The notes under the pieces: model-generated
What the model saw: the letters and a program-made list of their open reading frames with translations, nothing else
Databases searched by the model: none
Told to the model about the DNA's origin: nothing
NCBI GenBank assembly: GCA_051362555.1
Contig: CM120640.1
Location: 70,348,788-70,412,787 of the forward strand
Direction of reading: 5' to 3'
Origin: Lingula anatina
Taxonomy: Eukaryota > Animalia > Brachiopoda
Length of the DNA stretch: 64,000 nucleotides
Part shown: one piece after another, positions 1 through 25,860 of the stretch
How the letters are laid out: each line of letters begins with the position of its first letter
How positions within the stretch are numbered: the first letter of the stretch is position 1
Position numbers and translations under genes: made by a program

Positions 1-801
1 GTTAAGGGATTTGTGCTATATTTTGAGGGAAAAAATGCATCAAGAACTGTTGCTTTTGCTTACCTATTAATTCAGAGAAAAACAGAGAAAAAATGTTTTC
101 AATTACAAACTTTCCCATCTTAATGCATGTGGGATCAATTTGGTGCTGCACGTTTGTCAGTTTTTATGATGTTAAGTCTCTATGTTTACACCTGCCGATT
201 TGTAGTTGTTTCCAGCTAGCTGATTACCATTCAGATTAATGTATGCTGTTCAAAGGTTGAGTTGTACATTTAGAATTGACATTAAAGGACAAAACAGCTT
301 GCTGACTCTGATAAGAGAAATGATAACTCTTAATTTTTCTTCAAATGGGGGGAGAGCAGTTATTGGTTTGTTTTTACAGCTCATCATCATCATACCACTT
401 ATTGTTATCCTCTTTGATTATGATCCAATTAAACACTCATGAAGTCGTGCCCTATGAAGCAGATATAGGGAAGACATTTGCCCTTGCCTCTTAATCATGT
501 TTGTAATGGGAATGTTAAGAACACCTGAGCTTTTTTTAGAGCCAAAATGATAGACAAATCTGTATTTATTCAAATGACAGCTAAATTATTTGTTAAAGAA
601 TACCAGAGAATTTTCTTTGATCATGTTAACATCAGAACCAAAATATTTGCCAGGTATGAAGAGCTCTCTACATTGTGATTTGTTGGGTAGTTGGCGTGAT
701 GACCTATTTGGAAAGATGAAAATGCATTTGTCTGCCTTAAGTACAGATCTATGTATTTGCATGACATATCTTTACTAATACATTGAAATATTATATTTTA
801 G

Positions 802-11517
<10,716 letters not shown>

Positions 11518-11760
11518 GAAAGACTGTGTGTCATGGCACAGTAAGTGGCTAAGTGTGCTGGACATGTAAGCTTTATCAGATCTTAGTCTAGAAAGGCAGG
11601 CTGGGAAGAAGAATCTTTTTAAGAAGTATCTCACAAAGATAAGATAATCCTGTGCCAGTAACTATGCACATATGACCATCTGACAATTGTCATTCTGTGT
11701 CACAAATATGCCTTTGTCAGAGTATCACTTTACTGATGACAAGCTATGCTATGAGATAAT

Positions 11761-11854
11761 TAAAGGGCACTTGCCTCCTAGAGAGTTTACAGTTGCCACC
11801 CCCCTGGATGAATGCCCCCCCTGGGTCGTTATACCCTCTAGGTCAGTGCCCTTA
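11761..11854. repeat. Imperfect inverted repeat (MITE remnant or hairpin) downstream of the TPC2 stop codon
   Basis: TAAAGGGCACTTGCCTCCTAGAG ... CTCTAGGTCAGTGCCCTTA. Confidence 0.45.
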
Positions 11855-14800
11855 GAGGTAATGACCCCTGTCCATAGCTTCTTGCAAAACATGTTTGTAG
11901 TGGAATTGTTTATAGGAAACATGAGCTCAGTAGAAGATAAGTAAGAAATATTTTCGCTTTTTTTTCGCAAGCTTTCTCGAACTTACCCAGGTTTTCATTG
12001 TTTGAATGTGGTCAGATGAAAGTGAGAAAATCTGACTTTTTAGAATATGTTGTCCAACTCCAAGGGACATCATACTAGTGATCAGCAATACAGATGTTTT
12101 ATTGTCATTTTTTTAATGTTTACTGTTTGTTCAACTAAAACACTAAAAAACATTTGTTTTAGTCTGTGATAATTTGTAATGAGTTCATCCAGGGGGAAAA
12201 CTTATCTTATTCACAAGCGTCGCTCTTCAAAAGATCTGCACCAATGCAATAAGGAGAAATATTTATTTTTCTGCACATTAAAATGTTATTAGAATCCATA
12301 ATCATGCAAGTATTCAGAGTTCCATTGATCTCTCATCATCAAGGCAGGGTGGAGGATATCAGATAGCATGAAATGAGGGATAAAGCCTGGGGTTTACAGG
12401 CACTGTTGGGTCAAAGATATGGTATTGTAGAAATTTTGCGTTACAAATCAATAATAACTGAAATTGATATAATAAGTACACATTGACTGTTATGGCAAAA
12501 TTTGATTATGCCTTCTTTATATTAAGAAATGGGACTGGGTACAAATAGATTTGTTGAGATAATATTTCATTTCATTTTGTTGACGTCATTGTATTTGTTG
12601 TTAACATGATTACAGGTTGTAAAGAAATGTGTAGCATAATAGATAAAGCTTGGATTTTAAGCTTGGTAGGACTCATGTTACAAATTCTGTGACTATGATG
12701 TTAAAAGCCTTTAATAATGGCCATATTGTGATTGACACATGCAGACACTTTGGTAAAATTTATGTATTCAAATAACATTCAACCTGTAACTTATACAGTT
12801 TTATTACTAGAAAGCCGTGCTAACCTTTCCTGCTCCAGAAACATATGTAATCCCCCTAGGTACATTAGGTGGCAGATCTGTGACAAATTTTCTCAATACT
12901 TAAAATTCCATTCAATATTGTCAGTCTAGATTACTCCATAACTTCTAGGTAGTCTCTTTTTCTTTGTATTATTCATTTCCAAGTAAAATTCTCCACATAA
13001 AAAACATCAGCTGCAGAGGGTGAAGTTGGTAGAGGTAGATTGTTCTGTGCAATGCTGAAACACAGGCCGAAACATTTATTGTCATTTTTGTCGTATTACA
13101 TTTCACATTTCTGAAAGATATTTTGAAAATAATGTCATGATTTATATAGCACTTTCATCCTTAGAAATTCAGACACAACATATCGAAAAACTATGAATCT
13201 AATTTTATAATCATATTTAACATTAGAATACTCAATAATATAAATATTATTATTAATTTGATATTTCTATTGTGATTCTCTATGCAACTTGTAATGTAAA
13301 GAAGCATAAATTGAGATGATTGTATACTATTTTAAGATAATTTTTATCAAATGACATCATATTGTAGCCACATAAAATAATTATTAATTATTTCATGCAA
13401 TTCCACTGTATTGTTTATTATGGATTACATCCACAGTTGAAACAAATTGCAGAAAACTTCTTATGCTTTCTTTAAACCAGTATTTGGTTCAAAATTGTGA
13501 AAAAACTTTTTAAGTTTTTTATTTTTTTATTTAAGTTGACAAAGTGTTATGAAAAGAATCCATTAAAAATCTCCAGTGTTAACTGTCAAGGATTAATCCT
13601 GTTTACTCCCCCTTGGAGTGATGTGAGCTGAGGTTGGGTGGGTTACTCCTGTTTCTAACTACAAGAGCTGACGTAGTTTCACATCTTGGCACAATGGGCT
13701 CAGGTATAAGTTACATGCTGGGGATAAATGCAAACACTTTGCACTGTATCAGACACCAAATTGAAAAATGTGCCTGGAATTATAAAAGTTTCAAATTTGA
13801 ATAATGACATTTGTTTTTTTTTTCACCCTTTAGTTGTACTATAAGAGTAGTGATTTATTTCAATTAAGTGCAAAAAATCAACCACCTTATTGGATTTATT
13901 TTGGCAGTTTTTTTTAGCAAATCTCCAAAATCTAATCAAACTAAAATTGCATCTCATACAACTCAAGCACCTGATGACCTTCTTGCCATGCAATTTTAAA
14001 ATTAAATTAAAAGAATTAACCCAGAAGTTCCCACAGTGCAATCATGCATTACATGCAATGTTATGATAGGGTCAACATGTTAACTCTGTGTTGTATGCCC
14101 AGCTCTCTCCATATTATCTTTCATGGCTTATTTCTCTTTAATTACCTATGTGTGAATGGGGATCATAGTGGAATAGTTTGGCTCACAGAGAATGCCAGGA
14201 TTACACAGTGTATTTATCTTCCTTACATCATCTAGGAGCTAATATACATCTCAGTATGGTGGGGCCTTATGTCATGTTATCTAATTATCAAGAAGAAGGT
14301 CTTGTATTTTGGAATGTGTAGGCTTGAAAGTCAAGCAAATAGGACTAAAATAGGACTAAAAATATTGAGCCACAGAATTCTTGGGGGATTTATGCCTGAC
14401 TATTGCAATAGAAGGTTGTTATCACTTTCCATAATAGGTCACATATCTGGAGAGATTGAACAGTATCAGTGCTATTGGCAACCTCCACCCACCCACACAT
14501 ACTGTTTTGATTGCTGCCCAGTTACAACCTTTGGGGTAGCTGCCCAGGAGGGGGTCATTTTTCATGACCTAGCCCCTGCTACTTTTCTATTAAAAAAAAC
14601 TGTTGTCACTGTATGTAACAGCAGAGAGCAAAACCGATCAGACATGATTTTTTTCCTGATTTTTCTGATATCCAATTTTTTCTTGGTGGTTTTTAGCCTT
14701 ACAGTGCCCCTTGACCCTTACTTTTAAGGCCACTGAGCCCTTTTTTTCTACATTTATAATCAAAGTCATATCTGATTGGTGACAATTAACCAGAAATCAT

Positions 14801-17800
14801 TATCAACTTTTCTTTACATTTTATCTTTATAACTGATGAGCTCTGATCTTGAATGAAAGTGTATTGTTATTGATACTTTAAGAAGGCAATAGGCATTTGG
14901 TCCAACCAGTTACATTTTAGTCCATTTCTGCTCTTTATCCTAGTGTAATTCCCTGATTAAGGGACAAGGTTTAAGTAGTGATCGCAGGGATTCATTAAAC
15001 ACAACATATATAATATCTATGATCAAATATTTTGCTTGCAAACTTCCCGTGGATAAGGTAGAAGGGGTTAACCAAGGCCTATATTTGGCAGCAATACAGA
15101 GATATAATATGTTGATGGAAGGGTGTGGGTTGAGTGTGGGCATTGGAGGTTTTATATCTGTTTGGAGAAGGTGTTTTTATGGAGGTCATGTATCTAAGGT
15201 TATCAATATATAAAGTTATAATTCACAGGCAACAGAAGTGGCTGTGGTGGAGATTGGTGGCATTTCAGTCTGGCCCTCAGTTCTTATCACGTTGGGCGCA
15301 TTCTCATGCGGCGGTTCTGTCTCCCGCGACCACTCGTCTTCCCCCACTTAATCTGTATTGATCTTCATTCCAAAATGTCTAAACTGCCGTCTTATGTGTT
15401 GTTGATTCCTCCCAACACTGTCAACAATGATTGTGTATCCAGTGCACACGTGGGTGGACGCAAGGTGAACAACAGGCAATGAACAACTATGTCAACTTGG
15501 ACATTATATTGACTGAAAATTTCTTCTTATTTTTCTTTTTAAAAAACAACATTCCTTGGTACATGCACACCAGCTTAGCTGTGTGGAATTCAGTTAATTG
15601 TGCACTTAAAAACACAATAGAAGATTGATGAAATTTTAAAGAAATAACTGAACTTTGGTACTGTAAATTCATGGTAAGAATTTGTAATGGGGCTGGATCC
15701 AATAGACCTGAAGTTTGTTACATCCAGCTAAAGTTCAGTAACCAGTAATCACGGTGGAAATGTGATTTAACGTGCAGTGGGAATGTTGAGAGGGAGCAAT
15801 AGGATTTACAAGGACAAAAACAAATTTGGTGTTACATTGAACTTTTTCAGATACCTCATTTAAGTTCAGTTGCAAAAAAAGAGAAAAAAACTAAGAGTGA
15901 TCAATGTATTGTTTTTGAAGATTTAAGTTAAAGTCAGGGAATTCATTGCATTCCTTGGTGATAGTGTTTATGAAGTGTACCATGTACATAAATATATTAG
16001 TAGGGATTAAAACTGAAATAAACCTTTAGGTCTAGACTTTTGAATCTATTGGCCAATATGTTACTTGACAATTGCTATGACCCCCCCCCCCCCCCTTCCC
16101 TGCCCCCAGACACACTCATCTGAAGAAACCATGTACCTCTAGCAATTAATTGCTCTTTTGAATAATCCTTTGAAAAAGAAGTACTGGGTACATGCACTCC
16201 TTTATTTCAAAACTTCTACCCTTTTCCATCATTTATAACCAGACAACATATATTTCACTCATATTAATATTGTTAATAAGTACTGTCTCGCCTTTGCTTC
16301 TGTAACTGTACTATGTGTCAGATGTGGTCTAATCATCAGAAAATTATGTGTTTTGTAAAGGTGTGCAATAGGTACCAAATTAACATGAAATTTTACCGAT
16401 TTCATCCCCCAGTATATCTTTATTGTGAAGACAAAATATCTTGTACTCATTTTCCATGTAACATTTTTTAAGTTGACTGTAATAAACAGCTAGTGATGTC
16501 AAAATGCCACAAATTGACAATGGGGGCTTTAATCCTGATTTCAGTTGTACTATGTGTAGTTCAAACTGAACTGTCCCCAGTGGTCCATGGTCAGACAATG
16601 TATTGCCAGAGCTGTATTATATAGATATAGCTGACTTTCACTGCTGGGTTTCCAGAGGTTTAGACTGTTGTTGACCGCATATACAGCCTGTATGTTACAT
16701 CTTTATCATTACAGGAAAAACTATCAGCTTTGTATAATTTTTTGTGCCAAAAATGACTTTATGAATAAATAGTCAAAATTCAAGTGTTGTTTTATCTTTA
16801 TGTTTGTCGTTCTAAGTCAAGTGGCAACTGAGAAAATGAGAAAAGGTTTATAATTGTAAATGGTTAATAAGTCTACCATATTAAGAGAGGTTTAATAAAA
16901 GGTAAATTCCGATGCACTGAGCACACAAGATGAGGTTTACCACCGTGGAAAATGTTTTCTTGTGACCAACGTTATACTATGGTTTTCTTGGCTCACTGAA
17001 GACCTTCAAATAGGTTGTATGTGTAGATAAAAGAAACCACAGCACATTTTCCAAGACTAGAATTGCAATTAAAAGTGTGACGCAATGGTATATTATAAAT
17101 ATTCATGATACAAGAAATATCCCATGTTTCAATTTGGCAATAGAGCTTTGGACATATGCTATTTTAATGAGCTTTAAAAAGCAAATTTCCATGTTGGGAT
17201 GGTAAGTGGGGGCATGGCAGTTATATATTTTTTTTACTTTCGTGTACTTTATCCTTAGCGATATGGGTCAACAGCTCCAATAGGGTTCTAATCCATCCAG
17301 TCAACTGACTTAGAAGGTGCGCCTTCTGCCTTAAGTACCCATGAGTTTTCTAGTTGGCAACACCTCCGAAGATATGACATATCCATATTTGAGTATATGG
17401 ATTATTTTTTTTAACCATAAGCTGCTTTATCTTTGCAGTTTAATCTCCAATATCTTCTTCATGGGAAACAAGTTTACACAAAGGCATGTCAAGATATTGT
17501 GGTTATTAGCTGTATAATAACTGCTGGTTATTGATATGTGTTTGTTTGGACAAAAGTTAGCCTTCTGACACTGTGGTTGCAGATCACTGTTATTAAATTC
17601 CTATGGGAAAAATAAGGTTGGCAAGAAATGAACTCTTCAAGTTTCGCGGATGATTGATGTTGCTATATCAATCTGTCAGTAAGTAATCAAGTCGCCAGAC
17701 AGACAGGTAGACAGATAGGCAGTTGAACTATGCACACTTAGTTTTCAGTCAAGCAAGAGCATTTCAGAGATAGCCACCAAACACCAAATGGCTGTCTCTT

Positions 17801-20800
17801 CTGGCAAAACCTATTAGAAGTATTTGGGAGAAATAGTTTGGGTTTTAGGGGTTTGGGGTTGAGGTCAGGGAGATTTATTAGAAGAGAAAGGGGGGCAATT
17901 ATTTGCACTGAAGTAATCTTAACAGCTTATTTTCTCCTGGTCTCTCTTTCTTTACCTGCTCCTCACTGTAGATTAAGAGGCTAGGGCTTATGTGTGCAGG
18001 AAGTTTGCTAGTCAAATCGATTGATTTTCTCTTGGGTTAGAGATTATAAGACATTATCATGCTTCGGCACTTACCTCCTCTATTAACTAACCTAGTTCAA
18101 GTCAACACACACCTCCCTAGCAAACACTACTATTTACTGCATACTTAGGATTGGATGATATCAAACATTTTTAGATGGAATGCTCAGTTGTGGTTAATAT
18201 ATAAATTTTTCCATCCTATATTTCTCTCATCTCTAGCCTAATCTCAACCACAATTTTAGTTTCCATTTCCCTATCTGTGCCAAGCCTTTATCTCAAGTGG
18301 TTTACTGGAAGTCCCTATCTATTTTTCTCAGAAAAGTAAATAACCTATATCTTGCTGACAAGCAGTTCTTGTGGTTCCTGCTCACAATCTATGCTAATTT
18401 TTACCACTCTCCATTTGCCATTCACTCCTATGTAAAACATCACCCTTGGACCTGTTATACATATATGAGATGTCCCAGTGTCACCCAGTGCAACTTGCTG
18501 TAGCTTAAGTCACCATATTATGAGTTGATTGCATATACCTTGTACAACCAAACGGCTTTCTGCAGGTACAGCCAAAACAGTAATGACAATGTTCTGTGTT
18601 CTGTAAAATTTTGCATGTTTTCACTTTTTAAATATTTTTACAAGTCTTGCAAATTTTTGAGAGGTTTTTAAAATTTTAAAAAATATTTAATCCATTCACC
18701 AAAGAAGTAAAGCTTTAAGAGGAACAATCTGAAGCATAATATAGTCTCAATTCTACATATTTTTGGAAGCAATATTCATTTAAAGTGGCATTTTTCTTTA
18801 TCAGGAATAATTATACCCACCGAACTCCTAGAGGTGGTCTTTTAACTGTGAGATGGTCTTTTTAAACAGAGAGGCAATTACATTTTCGATATTGAATATT
18901 ACAATTCTATCATTTTCTTTCATTTTACATGATGCATTATGTATTTAATGTATTATTCCAAAGTTTGCCAAATTCCCATTCCCCGTGAATGTCAGCAAGT
19001 GTCATTTCCCAGCAATATGTCAGTTGTCTAGACTCAACAGTTACATTTGTTATTGCCATACAAAAATAAGACATCCTTTCAAAATATTCCCATTTCCTTT
19101 CCTTTTCCTTTCATATATAAAAACACTTTGCTAGACAAGTAGAAGCGTCTTCAGGCACTTATTAATAGATATCTTTAGTACTAAGCAGTGAGTGCTCACT
19201 TTGCACCTTGTACTCTTCTAAGTCTTTTGTTTACAACAACTCGTGGAATTATGGGATAGATTTGATTCTTGCAGAACAGTAACATGTGTTAAATGAAGTT
19301 TTGAGTAGTTTGTATAAATTCCTTAGTGAGTCACAACCTGTTCTCATTGAGTGGAAGCTACAATAGTACTGTTTCACCAACATACCAAGCATTTATGATA
19401 ATAAAGTTTGTAATGGCTGAATGTGTTGAATGAAAACTTTTGCGGAAGTGGATATTATGTCTGCGAGGCAGCAGACACAGCTTCCATTGAGAAAATTAAG
19501 CGACCATAGCAATGGTGGATCACATGCCCTTCACTGCATTTTTTTCCCTTTATTCTCAAGGAGAAAACTCTACTTACCTTAAAACTTTCTATTATCTTTT
19601 CAAGTTTGTGCTGACAATACATATTTTTGCTAACACTGAAAGGGAAAACTAATTAATTCAATATTAGCGGCAAGTTGTGAGGCCTCAAATTTCACAATGC
19701 TCCCCTGTTTTGATGAGGCTGTAAAGCTTGTGTAGTAAAATGCATAAATAAAACCATAGTAAAAAATATAATTTGGCAAATGATATACTACACACTTGGC
19801 ATGTTTTCATAATCTGGTGTCATTTTTTTCTTGTCAATAATTTCTTTTACATTTAAGATCATGTGATACACTTATCATAGTCATGTTAACTCCAGAAACC
19901 CCTTCACTGGGAGGGGCTTAGTTAGCAACAGGGTGAACCATCTTTGCATCTGCCCTGAGTAATGGAACTTCAACAGCTCATCATGTGCAGGTGTTCTGAA
20001 AAATCTTGTCTCTCTCTGGACCAATCAGAGTGCAGCATGCCTGCACAGCCCTGTGTTGGTTTTGTTAATTCCTCCACATTATAGATAACTGTAACCTGAC
20101 AATCAATTCATCTGCAAGGATCTGTTGACACAGGCACGTGCCATCCAGGCCTTAATTACTGCGGCAGTCCTCGGCATATGGTTCTTCCCCAGTCTTCAGC
20201 TGTGTCCTCACCACTGGCTGATTGGTCTAAATGAGGGGAGGCGACACCCTCTTTGTGCCAACATGTGCCTGCTCCCCAGATGTAAACACCCCCATACAAG
20301 ACTTCTTTTGTGTAGCTTTAATCGCAGACATGCTATATCTTACCACTTTTATTTCAACAAAATTGATATCTCCTTTGTGATTTTTTATTTTAATTTTATT
20401 ACCTGAAAATATAGGAACCGTGCATTTAAAGAGAAATGTGATCTTTATGCTTTTATTTCAAATTAAATTTTCATCTGCTCTTTTGAATTTTTTAATGCCC
20501 TGTTGCATGTCATAAAAAAAAACCATTTTTAAAAATTCAAATAAAAAATTATGATGAAAAAATTTTAATGGTCAAACATTTACATGTAGATAATAATTCT
20601 AATTTTGATGGGATTTTAAATTTTTAAAAAATCATTTCCACCTATAACAGATTTTACGGATGTTCTATCAGCATCATCTGGCAGACAGTGAAGGTATCTC
20701 ATTTCCTAGGCCAGTGGTGCAATGAGGGATGCCTGCATCTGCCCCCTCAGGCAGGGACGTGTCCAGCTAGTTTGTATTGTGTGAAGCTATGTCAGCAGAG

Positions 20801-23770
20801 AAAGTGTGGCAGAAGGGACAGGTGACAGGGGGCCCTTCACCGCTTTCCAAGGAGGCCAATTAACGACCAGTCGGAATATCAAGGAAAATGATTGTGAAGC
20901 TGTCTTTGTGTCAAGTGTCAAAAAACACCTGACTGGTGAACCAAGGGACAGCTGAAACTTAATGAATCTACGTAGCATCACTTGATTTCAAAGGAGTGTA
21001 CGGGCATGCAGGCGTGTGCATTTTCTGAAATTACAGACTCTTGGAAAATGTATAAAGTTGAATAGTGAAAAGCAGATGTTTATGGAAAGAATACTACTCC
21101 GTCACCAACAAAGCCGCCTCTCTCTTCATTGTTTAGTTTTTGTCTCATCTGATTAGTGTGTCTGAAGAACAAAGCAGATGATAAGGCCTCGAGAAGTGAA
21201 GTTGTGCATAAAATATCCAATCATCCACTAAACACAAGGATGTTTTTCTATGCTGCTGACTTAGGTGATTGTTTTCTGTGGGGCATGTGACCCACCAGTT
21301 GCATGGTACTTGATAAAAAAACGTGGAATACACATAAAAAAGAAATACATCTGCTTAAGAAAAACATAGCACTCCTAAAAACATGCCTACCACCTGTCTT
21401 TGGAAATTATAAATGTAGAAAGTAGAATTCGGTTTGAAGTGTTTGTTTAAAACATACTTTTAAGTATTATTTTTCTGTCTAAGATTACAATGTCTGAAGT
21501 AAAGCAGACACATTGTCAGCATATCTTTGTGATTTATTGAATATCAAATTTTCTTAAACTTAAAAAAAAATAAAAAGAATTTTAAAATATTTCAGCTTTT
21601 TTCCTTTTTGTATGATGGCATTCAGTCGTGAATATAATTTTGCAGGTGAGGGGAACATCAAACGTCTGAAATGATAGGAAGCATTCTTAGACTAGTCTTC
21701 TTATCCCTATAGTTATGCCGCGTCTGCATGCTTGTAGTTGTAACGAGAGTGGTGATGCCATGGAATACTATTCACCTGGTTCCAGAAGAGCTATAATTAT
21801 GTGTCACTCTAGTGCCGCAGCCTGGGCCATTGTGACAGACAGGTGCATCAGCTGATCAGCTGGACCTTTAAAAATGGCTGCCTGCTGTCACACACACATG
21901 ACGTGAATGGACATTTAAAAATGGTGGTCTACCACCTTGGAGATGACTTGTAGGGAATGTTGTGAAAACTGTATAAAAAGTAAAATAAATAAAAGAAAAA
22001 AAGAGAAAATGGAATATTGCACAGTTGGAAAAATAGGAATGTGATTTAGATGTCACTTATCTCTGAAAAAAGTATGCTATCACATGTTGTGGAATAAGAA
22101 ATTTTCTTTTCCTAATTTGAAAAAAAAATGACATATTAGTATGTAAAATAAACATTTAAACAGTACAACAATGATTTCAGCAAAGAAAATACAAATTAAG
22201 AAGGAAATGATCTTCAATAACCACATCAAAAGTAAAATGTCTTCAGTAAATGTTTTGGCAAAGTTCCAGCCTGTCCTCAAACAAAGAGGAGAGTGAGGGC
22301 CCCTCCCCCTCCCATTAAGGCCTGTAATTAGTGTGGGCAATTGTGGTAGCATTGCTGTTGTCCTGTGTACAGGTAGGACTAGCTGCAGGTGACAGCAAAG
22401 ACAGGGGACGCGTGCCACCTGTTAATTAGCTGTTTGTCATGCAGATTTCCACCTGTCTGAGGACTGGCTTCCATTGTGATTCTTAATTAACTCCTGGCCA
22501 TCATGCGTAATGGTAGCACGCGTCACTGTTTTCTTGTCAAATTCTAGTGTGCTGCTATGCAACATGTGTGCTGCTATTTACTGAACCTTGAGACAACTTG
22601 GACATGTGGAAATCCCCTGTCACACCTGCCTACCACTGTACATTATTATAGTCCCTTTGATCACTGCAAGTCTACCTCTCAAATTCCACTGGTTATGCTG
22701 ATGCAAGGAATTTCTCAGTGGTTGAGTGCCTGATATATCAGGGCTTTGCCAGTTCTTGCATCCTAGAGATATTTCAAGTTTGAAACAAATCAATTTTTCT
22801 GCTCCTCTGCTTGTGCTCTTTTTAGTGAGGTATTTCAATTTTTTTTTTCTTATTTAACTTCAGTGAATAAATGATTTTATGAGATTGACAGAGTTGCCTT
22901 CATTGTGTGTCTTTATTTTCTAAAGAAATGTTTAAAATGGTGAATAATTACTTATTTTACTTTTACTTTATCTATTTTAGTGTCATTATTTCAATTCTCA
23001 TGTTTCTTATTTTTCGGGGGTGGGTGGGGGGTGCACAAGTATTTTTTTCAGTATACCCTTTTATATGGGAAATTATTTTTATTGTGAATTATTATTCTCA
23101 ACTATTATGATGCATTTGAGACACTCTAAGACATTCGCCTCTTTTTCCTCGCCATGCTTGTTTAATGAAATTTCTCAGGAACTGGAGTACCCCATACATA
23201 CTGGCTGCAATGTTGTTAAGACTCCTGGGAAATGCAAACTTAATTTCTTCATCTTAATGTTTGTTAACTAAGAAGTCTAGACAGAGCTGGGGATTCTAGT
23301 TTAACGGTTCTGCAATTATATATTTGCTTGCTTCAACTCATTAAAGTAGCTGCTATTTGGGACCATTTTGTCTGAAATATGGTCATGTAGACATCCCCAG
23401 AGCAGCAGGAGGCCGAACAGGTAAAATTGTTCACAGAGGTGTTACACAAACAAAAATGTTAAAAAGTGGGGTTTATGGCATTCCAGCATTTTTACTCCTA
23501 TCGTAGTAGCCTTTCCCATTCAGCATTAATTGTCTTCTGCAGTATGAGAGAAGGCACCCTATTGGGAAATTGTGAATGTGACTTGAAAAAAGGAGGAATG
23601 GCACTTAATTTTTTTCATTAAGTTGAAGAAATTATGTGGTGATGGATAGCTGGTCTTGCAATTTATTTATGATATAACGTGAAGGTCAGAGAAGGTGATG
23701 AAGTAATGAAGAACCAAATGAATATCCAGGAAAGTTGCAAACAAAGAATTTTCAATGTTTAGAGGGGAGT

Positions 23771-23787
23771 TAATAATAATAATAATG

Positions 23788-23827
<40 letters not shown>
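23771..23827. repeat. (AAT)n microsatellite
   Basis: TAA/AAT run with one TGA interruption. Confidence 0.95.
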
Positions 23828-23830
<3 letters not shown>

Positions 23831-25793
23831 CTACTACTTATAATAGTAATGAGGAGGAGGAAAGGGAGGAATTTGGCCATAATTTTGAAACTGAGAAGAT
23901 ACCCATAAGAAGATTTCCCGATTTTCAAAAGTTAGTTACTACAAGTACTTTTTATAGCATTTTATCATAGATGTCATGAATAAAGATAAGACTTTTTTCT
24001 TTAAATAAGCATTATAAAGCCACACACAGTGAGAAGAATCGTCTTGCAACTTTGGAAATGTCCTCAACTGATACTAGTTTTTATTTCTGTGTGTGCAGAA
24101 AGACGTGATAATTTAAGTTCACCATTTATTGTGTAACGGACAATGCATCGGTTCTGGCTGCTGAGGAAATCGTAGTTTGATGTTAGTAAACTGTTGTTGT
24201 ATTCTATTGAGTTGGGTCAAACAAGTGCAAAACCAATACAAACCAACAATACATGCTTGATTATTTCACTACATGCAGATTTCTCTGATTTCACACAGAT
24301 TGTCCCTCTAGTGGAATTTTATTGGAATCATATTTCTTTCTTCAAGGCCTAGCTTGTAAGTTGGATATACAAAGTGTCAGGTAAACTTAAATTCAAAGAC
24401 CGCCCAAGGTTAAAACGACAAATCCTAGCATTTTTCAAAACAAAAGATTGAATGCCTGATTACATACAATATTAATAGTGTATTTGACATAAAAAATGTT
24501 TTCTCCTAGGGAATGATTTCATTTTTACCAACTACTAATAAAATGTTGAATATTTTTTGGTCTTTAGAAGGTACACCAAGTTGCAATGATTGTTCTGCAT
24601 TTCCTCCATGCTGAGATAGACATTCAAATCATTTTGATTTTGTGTAGCAGTGGGAAACCCTAGCGTGATAAAATAACAAAATGCTGGTTACATTATAACT
24701 GAGCCTCCATGGGAAATTGAATCCTGTATATGTGAGCATTTTCATTGTAGCTACCATCATTAGCACTGGGGTAAATGGGAAAAGAATGCAGTTGAACGGG
24801 TCAGGAAGGTTTGAAGTCGACACCGCAGTAATTACTGTCCAAATGTACTGCTTAACCACTTCCGCTGTTGTCTGAAATCATCTTTCATCTCCATGCTCTA
24901 CCTGCAGTGAGCGCAGCAGTCTACGTGGTGAGGCCGAGGCAAAGTTTCAATGATGCAATGGGGTGGTCCTTTCTTCCATGCTCAAACTACCTGAGAACCA
25001 CTGTCATTCCTTTTTTTTTTTTTTTTGAAAAGACAATAATCATTCTGTATTCTTTGGATATTTGAATTGATTTCATTGGTCTAATTAATAATTGACCAAA
25101 TGAAGTAAAAGGGAATACATGAGAAATTCTCTGATGATATCTGAGATAATGTGAGCTATCTGTTGACACTCCCTGGTTTACTAGTGCAAGGTAGACAAAA
25201 TCAATTGCTCCAGGATAAGATTTGACTAGATTAATACCTCATATGATCTTCCTATCCAACCTGGATTTACTTTACTTCACTTTGATACTACAAAGTAATT
25301 GGCCTTACTTAACCTGCGTGTTTGTTTTGAGAAAATACAGGAACTTCTTGATGAGTACCAGAGGAGAGTGTAGATTGAATAACTTAACTAAAACTACAGA
25401 CAGTCAGTACATTCTCTGTGGTAAGGACTATCATGTTAGAGATAATGCTGGTCATGCTGGGCTAGGGTCAACTTAACTGTTGTGTTAGCATACAAATTAT
25501 TAATAGTAAAAAGGACAGTAGGCTCTTTGATCTTTTAAGGTACATCCAGTGCATTAGATTTGCAGCATTACTGCCTTTATTTTCAGAAAACTTTTTATAT
25601 TTTATTACAATATCAAATGTATACAACAGAGGATATTAACATATTCAGGTTATGTTATATTGTCTACAATTATGACTCAATATTGGTACCTATCACTGGG
25701 AATGAAGTGTGCATAGATAGATAAGCCTGTTTGCCTTTTGTTTATGATTTTGTGGGGCATTATGGGAAGTCACACTTGCCAACTCATGCTGAT

Positions 25794-25860
25794 TAATATA
25801 ATATAATATAATATAATATAATATAATATAATATAATATAATATAATATAATATAATATA
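25794..25860. repeat. (TAATA)n pentanucleotide microsatellite
   Basis: About 13 copies of ATATA/TAATA. Confidence 0.95.

Noticed and set aside
14269-14727. 152-aa + strand ORF
   Set aside because: No recognisable domain, no exon-like boundaries, low-complexity composition; probably chance or a degraded repeat.
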